Assembly (NCBI GenBank): GCA_047495785.1
Contig: JBLDXI010000015.1
Coordinates: forward strand, 1,922,001-1,986,000
DNA length: 64,000 bases
From: Lepidodermella squamata
Lineage: Eukaryota > Animalia > Gastrotricha
Reading direction: 5' to 3'
In this document: positions 23,486 to 35,200 of the stretch, one piece after another
Layout of the letters: every line of letters begins with the position of its first letter
How positions within the stretch are numbered: position 1 is the stretch's first letter
The notes under the pieces: generated by a model
What the model was told of the DNA's origin: nothing
The model's database searches: none
The model's input: only the letters and a program-made list of their open reading frames with translations
Program-made: the position numbers and the translations under genes

Positions 23486-25669
23486 TTAATCGCTATCTTC
23501 ATCAGCCGAAGAAACCTTGCTGCTCGAAGCTTCAGATTCAGAACTGGTCGAGTCGTCGACGTCACTCGGCACCAAATCACTAGATTTCGATTTCGACGCA
23601 GATTTAGCCGGCGATTTCGTTGTAGCACTTGAGCTTGCAGCAGGCTTGGAACTGCTGCCGCCCTTCTTGTTGTACTCCACCATATCCCGCTCATACCGAG
23701 CCCTGTCGTCCTTGGCCAACTTTTCGTACTTCGTCTTGTCGGTACATTTCTTCCACAACTCGCCCATAATTCGAGCAATATCCGCGACACCAGCTTTAGG
23801 ATTTTCTGACTTGACCTTAGCGCGTTGCTCGTTCGTGAAGAAAAAGAAGGCAGTCGTCGGTTTTTTCGGCGCGTTCGGGTCTTTCGCTTTCTTCTCCTTC
23901 CGCGGCCTTTTACCGGTTGGGGTTGATGGTTTCTTAGCCGGGGCTGGTTTTTTCGCAGCAGGGGCTGGTTTCGACTTCTTGACCGGTGGTTTTTCTTCCT
24001 CAGATTCGCTCTCCGACGCACTTCCTGAGCTAGACCCAGACCCAGATTCGGACCCTGATTCAGAAGCCGAGCTCTCAGATGCCGACTTCTCAGAACCACT
24101 CGTAGATTTCCGCTTAGCCTCCTTGACAGGTTTCTTCGACTTCTTCTCATCGCCGCTCTCGCCTTCACTTTCACTAGTGCTTGAAGTGTCTTTCGGCGCT
24201 TTTGCGTCCTTGTTCGGATCGTAGTCATCATCCTCGTCGTCCTCATCGCCATCCGACCCACCATCGTCGTCGTCATCGGCTGGTTGCGATTTGCCCTCGG
24301 CTTTGACTCGTTCCAAGTAGTGATCTGGCTCTGCGTCGTCTTCGTCATCTTCCATATCTTCATCGTACATGCGACCACCTTTCTCGCCCTTATTCTTGAC
24401 AGGAAGCTGCTTCTCGCGGACGTAATCAAACAGCGGGTCGTATTCGCGCTTGTCAATACCCGAAAACGTGTATGAAGAACCGCCTTTAGTTTCGATTTCG
24501 AAATCAAAAGATTTTACGAAGCCTTGTTGAGATCGAGCAAAATTGACGGATAAAATTTCTTCGAAGCGAATATAGATCGGCGGCTTCGGAACGAACATAA
24601 AACCACGTTCCAGCGGGTAGAGGAAACCAACGCCGGCTTTGTATGAGCAGCTCAAGAACTGACTGCCGAAAACAGCTGCCTTGAAATTGCCAGGGATAGT
24701 CAATTTACGGTTGACAAGAGCTTTAAATACTCGGCTGAAGACTTCGAATTCGGGTCCCGACATTTCTTTCTGCAACTTGCCATCGTATTTATTCTTGAAA
24801 TCTTCCTCTGGGAGATTTACTTCGAAATTGGTCAGCTCTTGATCTTTATCGAAGTTACAGACCAAAAAGTGATAACGAGTTTGGCCTTGTTTGATCGGCG
24901 GATCGAGCGCGACTACGAAAAATACATGACGATCTTTGTGGGGCAGTAAGAATAATCGCAGAATAGTGGAATAGGCGATTTTGTAATCGAAAGATTTGCC
25001 ATGGAGCTGTAGGAAAGTCGGATACAATTTGATGTCGTAGCGACCACGAGGCTGTACGAGACTGACTTCAGAGAAGACCGCAATCGCATCTCCGGTTGTG
25101 CGAATTACATCAGCGCGACTCATAACCTTTTCGCAGAACATATCGACGCATGAGTTGTCAGGGTCAGGAACATGGAATCGAATTTCCATTAAAGAGATGG
25201 GCGCATCATCGTATTGATGCAGGGCGATTGATACTTCGTTCTTGCCGGGAGTGCAGTTGGACACGGAGTTGAGCGGGATTTCAAAAGCTGGCTGATCTTC
25301 AACGTCAAAACATAATGTATTGCCTTCAAACTTCGCTTTGCCCCAATTCCAGCCTTTCAAAGACAGCTCTTCTTTTTGAAGCTCTTTGCCAAAGGTGTTT
25401 TGACAGAACCTTGACAAGTTATCGTAGTCACCTTCCTTCAATCCATCGAAAAAGAAGATTTGACCTGATTTGACAGCTACTCGTAAGCAAGCGCCTTTGG
25501 CTCTTAGCGTCCAAGATAGCTTCTCGATATCAGAGGCGGTGATGCTGTCAATGCGGCCAGACTTAATGTCTTTAAAAATAATTGAAGTGGGTTGTAGCTT
25601 TAAACGACCAGGGTGCATGCATCCTCGTGATTCTTGCAGTACGTCCGTGTATTCAATGACGTCCGCCAT
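23486..25669 (-). CDS. SSRP1: FACT complex subunit SSRP1 (intronless, 727 aa)
   Basis: KGWNWG, PRGRYDI, LHGKSFDYKI, LDPPIKQGQTRY, GFLYPLERGFMFVPKPP, an acidic region and an HMG box (KDPNAPKKPTTAFFFF...GELWK). Confidence 0.98.
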   Translation of the reverse strand: MADVIEYTDVLQESRGCMHPGRLKLQPTSIIFKDIKSGRIDSITASDIEKLSWTLRAKGACLRVAVKSGQIFFFDGLKEGDYDNLSRFCQNTFGKELQKEELSLKGWNWGKAKFEGNTLCFDVEDQPAFEIPLNSVSNCTPGKNEVSIALHQYDDAPISLMEIRFHVPDPDNSCVDMFCEKVMSRADVIRTTGDAIAVFSEVSLVQPRGRYDIKLYPTFLQLHGKSFDYKIAYSTILRLFLLPHKDRHVFFVVALDPPIKQGQTRYHFLVCNFDKDQELTNFEVNLPEEDFKNKYDGKLQKEMSGPEFEVFSRVFKALVNRKLTIPGNFKAAVFGSQFLSCSYKAGVGFLYPLERGFMFVPKPPIYIRFEEILSVNFARSQQGFVKSFDFEIETKGGSSYTFSGIDKREYDPLFDYVREKQLPVKNKGEKGGRMYDEDMEDDEDDAEPDHYLERVKAEGKSQPADDDDDGGSDGDEDDEDDDYDPNKDAKAPKDTSSTSESEGESGDEKKSKKPVKEAKRKSTSGSEKSASESSASESGSESGSGSSSGSASESESEEEKPPVKKSKPAPAAKKPAPAKKPSTPTGKRPRKEKKAKDPNAPKKPTTAFFFFTNEQRAKVKSENPKAGVADIARIMGELWKKCTDKTKYEKLAKDDRARYERDMVEYNKKGGSSSKPAASSSATTKSPAKSASKSKSSDLVPSDVDDSTSSESEASSSKVSSADEDSD

Positions 25670-26463
25670 TTTACGTAAAATCTAACAAGGAAAGATCAAA
25701 ATAATCCAGCTAATTCAGCTAATTCAGCATAATCAAAACTCAGGAACGACCAAAACTGCAGGCATAAAGATTCTGGCATAAAGATGGCCGATAACTGAAA
25801 GACACTGTTCTGACTAGAGTAATCGATTTCTTGTAAGGAACAAAAAACAGGCTTTTTTGGTGGGGGGAAGGTACTGACTTCTCTAAAAACAACAAATAAC
25901 AGCAGTTCAGGGTGAAATGCGAATGCAAAACATGTTGAGACCTCGCTAAACTCAGCAGCAAAACGCGCTTTTCCGCATTTCCGCGCGCTTTCATTTGAGG
26001 AGCTTTATTTGTTTTTCGCGTATATTAAGATTAAAATATGCGTAAATCAACCAGTAGACTGAGTCAATATATGAGGTTCACCTACTTAGGTATTTTGGCC
26101 AAATATTTTCAAGGTTTTTTTTTCATCACGCGGGCAACGTTGACCAGAGCAAAAGCGTTGTGCAGTTGGAACGAATCTGAATCCTAAAGCGGGACGCATG
26201 ATGCCAACTGCGCGTTCGTATTGGTAAGTGAAATCCATACTTTGCCTATCAGGTAACCGAAGTTATCAAAGAGTCGAGCTTTCCCTCGCTTGAATGTTAG
26301 GCTTGGATTCCAGTTTTTCGGTGTGATTGATGATCGATATCTATGAGCTTTTCCCTGTCGCCAGGTTGCTACTCATAGGATTGCGCGTAACTATATTCTA
26401 TAAGGGTGGCTACATTTTTGATAAAATTTGATTTCGGCTTAGAATTCATATTAATACAAAGCA

Positions 26464-28767
26464 ATGGCATCCAACACCCCGTCGCCTGCTGATATGGTTT
26501 CAATAGCTCCGCTTGGTCTTGCCAGGGTGGACACATTCAAAGATGGTAAGTTCATACATTACTTGGTTTGCGCGCTTTTCAATAAGTTGTTTATTTCAGC
26601 CGATCCAATCGTGAAACTTATTAAAGATGCTAAACGCATGCGTATATTATCGCTTGTGGGTACATCAGTCGGGGTTGACGCAGCCGCTGCGATTGGTCAA
26701 GCGATTGCTAGTCATACCGAGCTTCAAGAAGCCTGGTGGGCGGACATGTTCGTTAGCCGATTGAAAACCGAGATTCCCGATGCACTCATCCATCTCGGTA
26801 ATGGGTTGTCGACAGGTGGTTGCCGTTTGACTGTGCTAGATCTTAGTGACAATGCCATTGGACCTGTTGGCTTCAAGGGACTCGGACCTTGGCTTGTCTC
26901 TCCAGTATGTTACGGTCTTGAAGAGCTCAAACTGAACAACACTGGCATGGGTCCTCACGGCGCATCGCTGCTTGCTGAAGCTTTGGACCAGCTGGTCGAT
27001 GCTACAAAGAGCTTGGGAGGTTTCAAGCTGAAGTCATTCGTCTGCGGTCGATCGCGGTTGGAAAATGAAGGTGCCAAAAAGTTGGCTGCGGTTTTTGCTA
27101 AGATGGGTCATCTTGAAAAGATCGTGATTCCTCAAGATGGCATCGGCCACGAGGGTATCTCCGCTATCTGCAACGCTTTGAAATCGAATCCGAAAATGAA
27201 GCACATTGATTTTTCTGATAATACGTTAACAAAACCTGGAAGTGAAGCGGTTGCCATGATATTGCCTGACATGAAGGAACTGGAAGTGTTGATTCTCGGC
27301 GACTGTTTGCTTAGCGACGATGGTGCATTAGCGATTGCTTCGTCTCTTGAGCATTCCCATTTACCAAAACTTCGTCACTTATCTATTCAATACAACGAGT
27401 TGGGCCTGGAGTCAGTCATGGCAGTTGTTGAATCGCTTGAACAAAAGACTGCGCTCGAGGCGTTTGAAATTAGCGGAAATCCTATCGGTCGTCAAGGTGG
27501 CGATCAAGTTGAAGCTATGCTGGACGCATTGGGTAAAGCTAACGTCCTTGGCGAGCTTGTGTAAGTTGAGCTGGTATCTCATGTGAAATTATTTATATTT
27601 ATTACAATAACAGAGAAATTGACGACGAATACGAAGAGGATGACGATGATGAAGACGGAGATGATGCCGGGGAGGAAGATCTTGAAAACGGTGGAAATGG
27701 TGACTATAACGGGAAGGACGAGCAACTGCTCGAAAATTCAGGCCGATTTGACGACAAAAGCAACAAAAGTCTAGATGCCCTTTGCGTTCGTGGCGTAAGC
27801 ATAAAAGCTGCTGCTGCTTCTCCCGGCCAGAAATCGTCGTCATCAAACGTGAGTTGATAAATCACTTGATAAAGGGATGGGCCAAATGATTTAAACACGT
27901 TAGGCTGGTTGCGATGAACAATAAGTGCAAATGAATTTATATACTGCGTGATTTTCTCGAAAACCTGTGATAACTATCGACTCATTTCAATTTTTTTACG
28001 TTTTATTTGCCTGAATTTTGTTTGAAATCTTCTGAAAAGTCAGAATAAAGGCCAATTTGTTATTGAATGGGTGATTTATATCGGGTGAATTGCTGTTTCT
28101 AGCCCCTCATCGCGCTGTTTGATGATGTTACTGCGTCAACAGAAACAAGAACAAGCAGCCCGACGCCGCAGACCGCTTTGAATTTATTTAAGAAAGTTCC
28201 TAACCAGAATCTCGAGCGAGCATGGGTTGAGGAGCTGGCCAAGCGATTTCCATGCACCCTTGAGCTGTCTCTACACCTGCTGGTCCAATTAGCTTCGGCG
28301 GTCGATAGCGCTGGCGCATCGCAGGCGAACGGGATCAACGTTGAGGCAGTCATTAAATTCGCAGACTCACTCCTCGGCGAACTCAAGGCTTTCTACACGA
28401 CTTCTCCCACGTCGCCTCTTGCTAGTTTCGATAATGGATTAGGTAAAAAAAGTGAATTTAAGGTTCTTTATAAATTCTATGTTAAAACTTTTCAGCATCT
28501 GCGTTTTTATCGGCTTTCGGCCTCGTGAAGGGTGAAGCGTTGCGAAATGCGCGACGTGCCTTGCCAACCCGAGGAGCCGTGTGGCGACTAGTCAGCCACC
28601 TTAACACCCAGCCGTACTTCACCGGAGCCGCTAGAATCGTCAAATCATTCCTCGACGCGACGGCCTCGTCCGGCTGGGGCGCCCCGTTTGCGCCCGGTTC
28701 TCACCAGGACATTGTCCGGCGTCATCTCATCGGCTCGCTGGGGCCAAATGCGACAGCCACGAATTGA
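26464..28767 (+). CDS. RANGAP1: Ran GTPase-activating protein 1
   Basis: Exons approximately 26464-26545, 26600-27560, 27614-27848, 28103-28442 and 28496-28767. LRRs with DMFVSRLKTEI, LDLSDNAIGP, LKLNNTGMGP and GRSRLENEGA, then an acidic linker and a C-terminal domain with the SUMO-type motif GLVKGE. Confidence 0.93.
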
Positions 28768-28941
28768 TAATAGCGACAATCATGTTTTAGGATATTACTT
28801 TGATTCGTTTTGCGCCCTCTTTCATTTCACGGTTATACGAAACATGTGATGCCTGAAGTTACTGTGTTGCAAAATAACGTACTTTCTTTTATCAGAAAGC
28901 TGACTGATTTCTCAAATTAAAAATTTATAGATTTTTTGATA

Positions 28942-31900
28942 ATGCCTCCTCGTAAACGAAAGGCCCCTGTAAAGAAAGAAGAAGCTGAGGATAAATCGTC
29001 GTCTGAGGACGAAAAACCTGCGAAAAAAACGCCGGCTAAGAAAAAGAAGCCTGAAGTTGAGAAAACGGAAATAGCCGAGATTGTTGTCGATAATTCCGCG
29101 AAGCAAATGAAAGCTGCGTTGAAAGTGTTGTGTTGGAACGTGAACGGCATTCGAGCCTGGGTGAAGAAAGGATCGCCGCTGAAGTACGTGACAGACCTTG
29201 CAGCGGATATTGTGTGTTTTCAAGAGGTGAAATGTGCCGAGGATGAAGTTCCGGCCGAGTTGAAGAAGGCCATGCCTGGCTATGAGATGTACTGGTTGAC
29301 GGGCGAGAAGTCGGGTTATGCTGGTGTGGCGATGTTGTCGCGACTGAAGCCGAAGAAAGTGACGTTTGGTCTCGGCGATCCTGAACATGATGCCGAGGGA
29401 CGAGTTATCACGGCTGAATTCGATAAATTCTTCCTAGTCAATGCTTGTAAGTCTCAAGTAAATTTTCGAATCAGAATAGCTTTTAGCGGAACCATGAGTC
29501 ACTTTTTGAATAGTTTGACGAATTTGAGGCGATGCATGGGTTCTGAATTGAACAGTCGAGTCTTATAGAGATTGTTTTTAGGAATATTTTGGTCTATCTT
29601 GATACCCAAGAAATATCCTAAAAGTGGCTTCAGGCCGCTAGAAAATTCCAAAATTAGGTTCTGCTGCAGCAAATTAGGTTCCGGTAAAAGGAATGATTTT
29701 CGAATGACTTATATTCGATATCTCGTCGGCCGTACAATACTAGGTTTAATTTTATTCATTTTTTAAAGATCAAGGTGAAGTAACATTTTCGCCTGTTTAG
29801 AGCCACTAAACTACTTTGAGTAGGGAAATCGCTTTATTTTTCTCCATCACCAGGGGTCCGATATGACCCCACAATTTGGGTGTCAAAATCTAACATGAAA
29901 TTAGGATGGATCTCGGACTAACAGAATTGCCATCTGGCATAAGAGGCGGGCCAATTCTGATGAACGCACAGTGGAAAGCCATAGGTAGAGAAAAAATTGC
30001 TGCGAGCAAATTTCAAGTTCAAGTCAAGCATTTCGTGTAACAGAAAAGAGCTAATTCATCACCAGGCGCAGTGAGGTAGAATTTCGAGGCTAACCAGGCG
30101 TTTTGCCGCTCAGAATCCTGTTAAATTTCCGGTTCGGACGAAGAAGTTCGAGTTTTAAGTTTCAGCGAGTAAGTTTCGAATTGATGCCAAAGTTAGCCAA
30201 ATATGAAGTGATGAGTTCTTCGTAATACTTGCTCCGTCGGCGTACATATCATATTGGATTTCGAGTTCTACGTTAATATAGACAGATGAATTAGAGCAAG
30301 GCATAAATGGAGTCGATCCTTCATCTGAGGTCAATTTAATTAGCTTGCAAATTGCCTGGGAAAATCATGAAAAATTCCGCAGCAGGTTTTTTTCAACCAA
30401 GTGAAATTCCGAAAATTATGGAATAATTTACCATTTCGGGGCGTTAATTGGTTAAATTGGGTAGAAAATATCCCGATACTTGCTTGGAGTAATGAAGGAG
30501 CATAAATTGGGGGAATTCCTCAAAGGCGGAAACTGGCCGCAAGTAGGGCACAGTGTCGATGATCGTCGAAATCGGGATGTCAAACGGAAGTTCATCACAT
30601 AGTTTTTGTTGCCAGTCGGCGGCCGAGAGCAGTGGTTAGGTCTAGCTAATCCGCCTTGGCTTTTTGAAGGTGCTGGCTTCAAAGATACATCAGAAGAAGC
30701 CGCAGTGGGCGTAAAAACCATCAGTTCATTGTTTTTGTGAGGCAAATAATCGAGCCACGTTTATACACTGGATCGTGGCGAGGCTTCTGAACAAGAACAC
30801 CGTGCCGATGCGCACCAATCCCGGTGGTTTCAAAATACGAGTAAAGCTGTGATACTCGAGGCACTCTACCAGAAATTTCGATCATTTCGCATCGATTTGG
30901 TGAAAGGATTCAGCGAGATGTTCAACAGCAACAATCGCCTGAGCAGCGATTCACTTGCATCAAAGTTAAAATAGAGCACTTATTCTCCGGTTTTCGTACG
31001 AACCATCTCAGAAATAGACGGATTTTATCGCAGCGGCGACGGATATTGTGGTCAGCATTTGACCAGTATCGAAAATTTTGTATATTTACGCAGTCATTCA
31101 CTCGGAACAGCGTCTCCTCTCTGGCAAGAATTTGCGTCAAAAAAATTTCGAGCTCATCCGCCTCTTTTTCGAGAAGTCATTTGCAGAAATTCACGTGTTT
31201 CTGGTAATCCTCGGCTTGCAGAGTCAGTTTATATGGGTGGAAATAAAATTTTGGGAATTGACGTTCTCTCGATAAATAGCATTCGCGACATTTCAGTCAG
31301 AGAGGCCTTTAGTATCAATTTATTAAATTCGAGAATTTTTGTTTTTTTCACGACCTGGAAATCGACCAGGCTAGGCTGTTTGTGATTTTTTAAATCACCA
31401 GATTTCCGCTGTTTATTTTGAAAGTTTGAATTTTATAAATTTTAATTTCGTTTTAATTTCTTAGACGTTCCCAATTCTGGCCGCGGCTTGCCTCGCCTCG
31501 ACTATCGCACTTCGAAGTGGGAACCAGCCATGCGTGACCACCTGGCTAAACTCAACAAGACGAAACCGGTCATAATGTGCGGTGACCTCAACGTGGCTCA
31601 CAAGGAAATTGACCTCGCCAACCCGAAAACGAACGTCAAAAACGCCGGTTTCACGCCTCAGGAACGCGCGGAGTTCGATAAGCTGCTGAAGCTTGGTTTT
31701 AGCGACTCGTTTCGTCATTTCTACCCGGTAATATATTTTGCAAAATTTCAGATAAAAATGAATTATTTTTTTATTTAGGATAAAAAAGATGCCTACACCT
31801 TCTGGTCAGCTCGTGGTGGAGCCCGTGAAAACAACGTCGGTTGGCGCCTCGATTACTTCATCGTTTCGGATCGTTTCAAGTCAAATCTAGTCGATTCCAC

Positions 31901-31964
31901 GATTTCAGGACCGACAGTTACTGGAAGTGACCACTGCCCTTTGATTTTGTACGCTAATCCGTGA
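28942..31964 (+). CDS. APEX1: DNA-(apurinic/apyrimidinic site) endonuclease APE1 (ExoIII family)
   Basis: Exons 28942-29446, ~31465-31727 and ~31779-31964. Motifs [77 protein letters not shown]. Confidence 0.96.
30990..31380 (-). mobile_element. Degenerate Tc1/mariner-superfamily transposase relic in APEX1 intron 1
   Basis: Across stops and frameshifts it reads FHPYKL...[15 protein letters not shown]...[24 protein letters not shown]. This resembles the HPYK...DxxxRxxFC...FSDEAxFxLNGxVNxQNxRYWS pattern of Tc1/mariner-type transposases. Confidence 0.7.
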
Positions 31965-32292
31965 ATTTTCTATCGTTTCTTTTTTACTCAATAAAACACG
32001 CATTTTTCTTATTTTTCGATGTTTTATTTGATTTTATCTCGCTTCAACTACGGTGTTAGAAAACAATAGAGTAACAATTTTTCATAATTTTCCAGGGGCT
32101 CGTCTACCACGCCATTTTATATATAGAATTTTTTACAAACAGGCAACAAATTTTCCGGTTTTTATACAAGAAAAAGATGCAGATAATAATTATTTATATT
32201 ATTATTACGATCGAGTAAAATTATTGAGGTAAAATGATCTATCTACATTCAGCTCAAGCAATAAGACAGCAGCAGCACGATGATAAAATACT

Positions 32293-35200
32293 TCAAAGAT
32301 GCGCCTCGGGAGCAAATGAATGGCCATCCAGTGACAGCCCGATATTAGTCGTCTCCTCCAGCAGCGCGACTTGCTTCTTCAAAAGCGAAACCTTCGTCTC
32401 ATACCGCGACGTAACAGAATTCAACTGCGTCTCCAGCCGTTTGATTCTCTGCTCCTGCTTCTTCCTCGCCCGTTCGTAAGACTCAGACAGCGTAGCATTC
32501 GCCTTGCGCAGCTCGCTCACCAAATCAATCCCACCATCACACATTTGCTTCTCAGCACTTCGCCCGACCATTTCCAGGGTATCAACCAGCTCTTGAATCC
32601 GAGCCCTTAGCCGTTTCTCACGCAGCAACGCCTCAGCTAATTCGGCGTGGACGTTCGAGTTGGCGTTTGAGAACGAATCGCGGTTAGAATCGCTGACATT
32701 CTGCTGCAGAATCTCCTCCAATTTTCGCACTTTATTCGTCGCCTCTTCCAGCTCAAGCCTCGTCTGCTCGAGTTGAACCTTCAAAACTGTAGTCTGCTGA
32801 TCCCGGGCTCGTAATTCAGTCTCTAACGCTCGTTTTTCGCGTTCTAAGATGAAACACTGCGTCCTAGACTCAGCTCGTTGTTCTTTTAAGGTGGCTAATT
32901 CTTGCACTAGAACTGCCGTTTCAATGTGCTGTTGGTGATGATGGCTACTCTGCCCGAATAACGAGTCTTTATTCGACGAGCTAGTTCCGACTGAACTCAA
33001 CGGCAGCGGCGAGTCGAGTAGTGACGTGTTAATCTGAGACTGATGCGATGATTTACACGCGGCTGATTCGAGAACTGGGTCGTTGAGGGTCATCGTCATG
33101 GCCTGCACGTCACGGTCGAGTTGAGCGACGTACTCCCGCAGCCGCTGCTCGTCCAACGAGCTCCAAGAACCCGAGGCAGTGACCACGCCACTCGACTCCT
33201 CAGGCTGGCTAGCTCTAGAACTCGTCGACGAGCAAGTGCCAGTCGCGCGCGGCGATGAGTTCGAATTCGAGGATAAACACCCTAATTCTCCGGATGATGT
33301 CCCAGAAATTCCGCAGGAATTATCCAATCGACTGAGAACTCGTTGCGCCTCAATTTCAGCCTGCCGCCTCGCCGAAACAGCCTGGCCTAACAGCACCGTT
33401 TGTTGGTCCTGGTCGAACTCAGAATTCACCACGCCAACAGTCCGGCAGTGGGCGAGTAGCAACATTTGCTCACTTTCAGACAATTTCAACAAAGCCTGAA
33501 CCGCCTCCGCCTTTTGCATAGCGCAATCTAAAGCCATTCTCAGGCCGGATTGGTTCTCCTCCGATCGAGCTAGGGCAGTCGCGAGATTCGACGCGTGCTG
33601 CCGTTGTTTTTGTAGACTCGACGCTAGTAGATCAGCCGCGGCCTTCAATCTGTCCGCCTTCGACGACCGGCACTCGAGTTCGGCGGCGAATTCAGCCAGT
33701 TTTTCGGGCGGGATTCGGCAGCCGGACGACGCGAGGCTTTGAACGAGTTCTTGAATAACAGCGGCGTGTTCCGTTTCTTCAACGAGATGCTCAGCGACCG
33801 GCGTTGACAGGACGCCGTTGTTCAGCGACAAATCAGCAGCGGTTATCGATGTTGTTTCGTTCGTGCCGAGCAGCATAGGCGAGCACGAGGCGATTCGAGG
33901 CACTTGCCGCACCTCGGCGAGTCGCGACGATGACGACGGCGTCGATGGCAGTTGCGTCGACGACGAATGGCTCGTGCTGTTCTCCATCATCGGCGTCGTC
34001 GGCGAGCCTGGCAAGTCAGAGCCGTTTTTCTGATATTGAATCCGGCGATAAAAATCTTGCGCCTAATAATAAAATCGTAAACTCTGCTAAATTTTGATTA
34101 TTTCAACTACTCACCAATTTTTTGTACCGATCGCGATCGCTCATGCAGCCGATGAGTTGCTGCTTCAAATGCGCAACGAGTTGTTCTTGTTGTTGAAACG
34201 CGCTATCAACCGCTTCGATGTCGACCATAAAATTAGGCTGTTGAGGGACAGGGACCTCGTTAACCGGCTGAAAAGATTGCGAGGCTGTCATTTGTTGTTG
34301 TTGTTGTTGTTGCTGATCTCGACTTTTCCGACGATGGCTTTTGTGGCAATTCTCACGCCGTCTCCGTCTGTGATTCTATAAAAAAAAACAGGAAAAAAAT
34401 TATTAAGGCGGACTTTTTATTTTTTCATTTTCTTACCCGTCGATCGTCAGGATGTTCACCATCGGACGAAGATGACGAAGAATCTGAAGAGCCATGTCTA
34501 TCATCGCCGCTTTCGTGATGCGACAACTCGTCGATTTGTTCGAGGCCGAAATTATTCTGCTGTTGTTGCTGTTGGACTTGCTGCGGCACAAAGTTATTTC
34601 GAGGCTGAGGGACGGCTTGTTGCTGTTGATTCATAACGACGGGCAACGACCGGCGTGGCGGCGGTTTAGGCGCAACAGGCGGTGGTGGTGTTCGCATTTT
34701 TTGCTGCTTTTGCAACTCAACCGCTACGTAGATTTGTTGGTGGTATTTCGCGATCAACGCTTGGAGGTTTGCGATTTGCTGCTCGTCCCCGCAGCCGCCG
34801 TACGACGATCGCTGCATCATCATCGCCAATTTTGCTTCCAACGACTCCTTTTCGCGTTGCAGCCGCGATATCACCGGCATTTCCGGCATATTTTGTTCAC
34901 TCGCCTATAAGCAATAACAACAACACATTTTGATTAATTAAAACGTCGACGTGACATGGCGCTGGTTTTTATGATTTTTCTAACGAGAACGCGGACGTGG
35001 GCAATAAAATTATTTATTGCGGCTGTTAGCTACCGGGTCACGCAGTGCGGATTATGCAGTGCTAATTGCGCAACCCAAACTTGACTTGATATTAATATTA
35101 TTATTATTAGGTATTCATTTAATTTCATTGAGCTAAATTCTCGACAACATCCACAATTATTTCTGCCGTTTCAATTCATACACACGCAGTGGTATTACGA

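Noticed and set aside
23452-24507. Long alternative-frame (351 aa) and antisense (235 aa) ORFs over SSRP1
   Set aside because: They are shadows of the low-complexity acidic/Ser/Lys-rich SSRP1 C-terminus and show no independent motifs.
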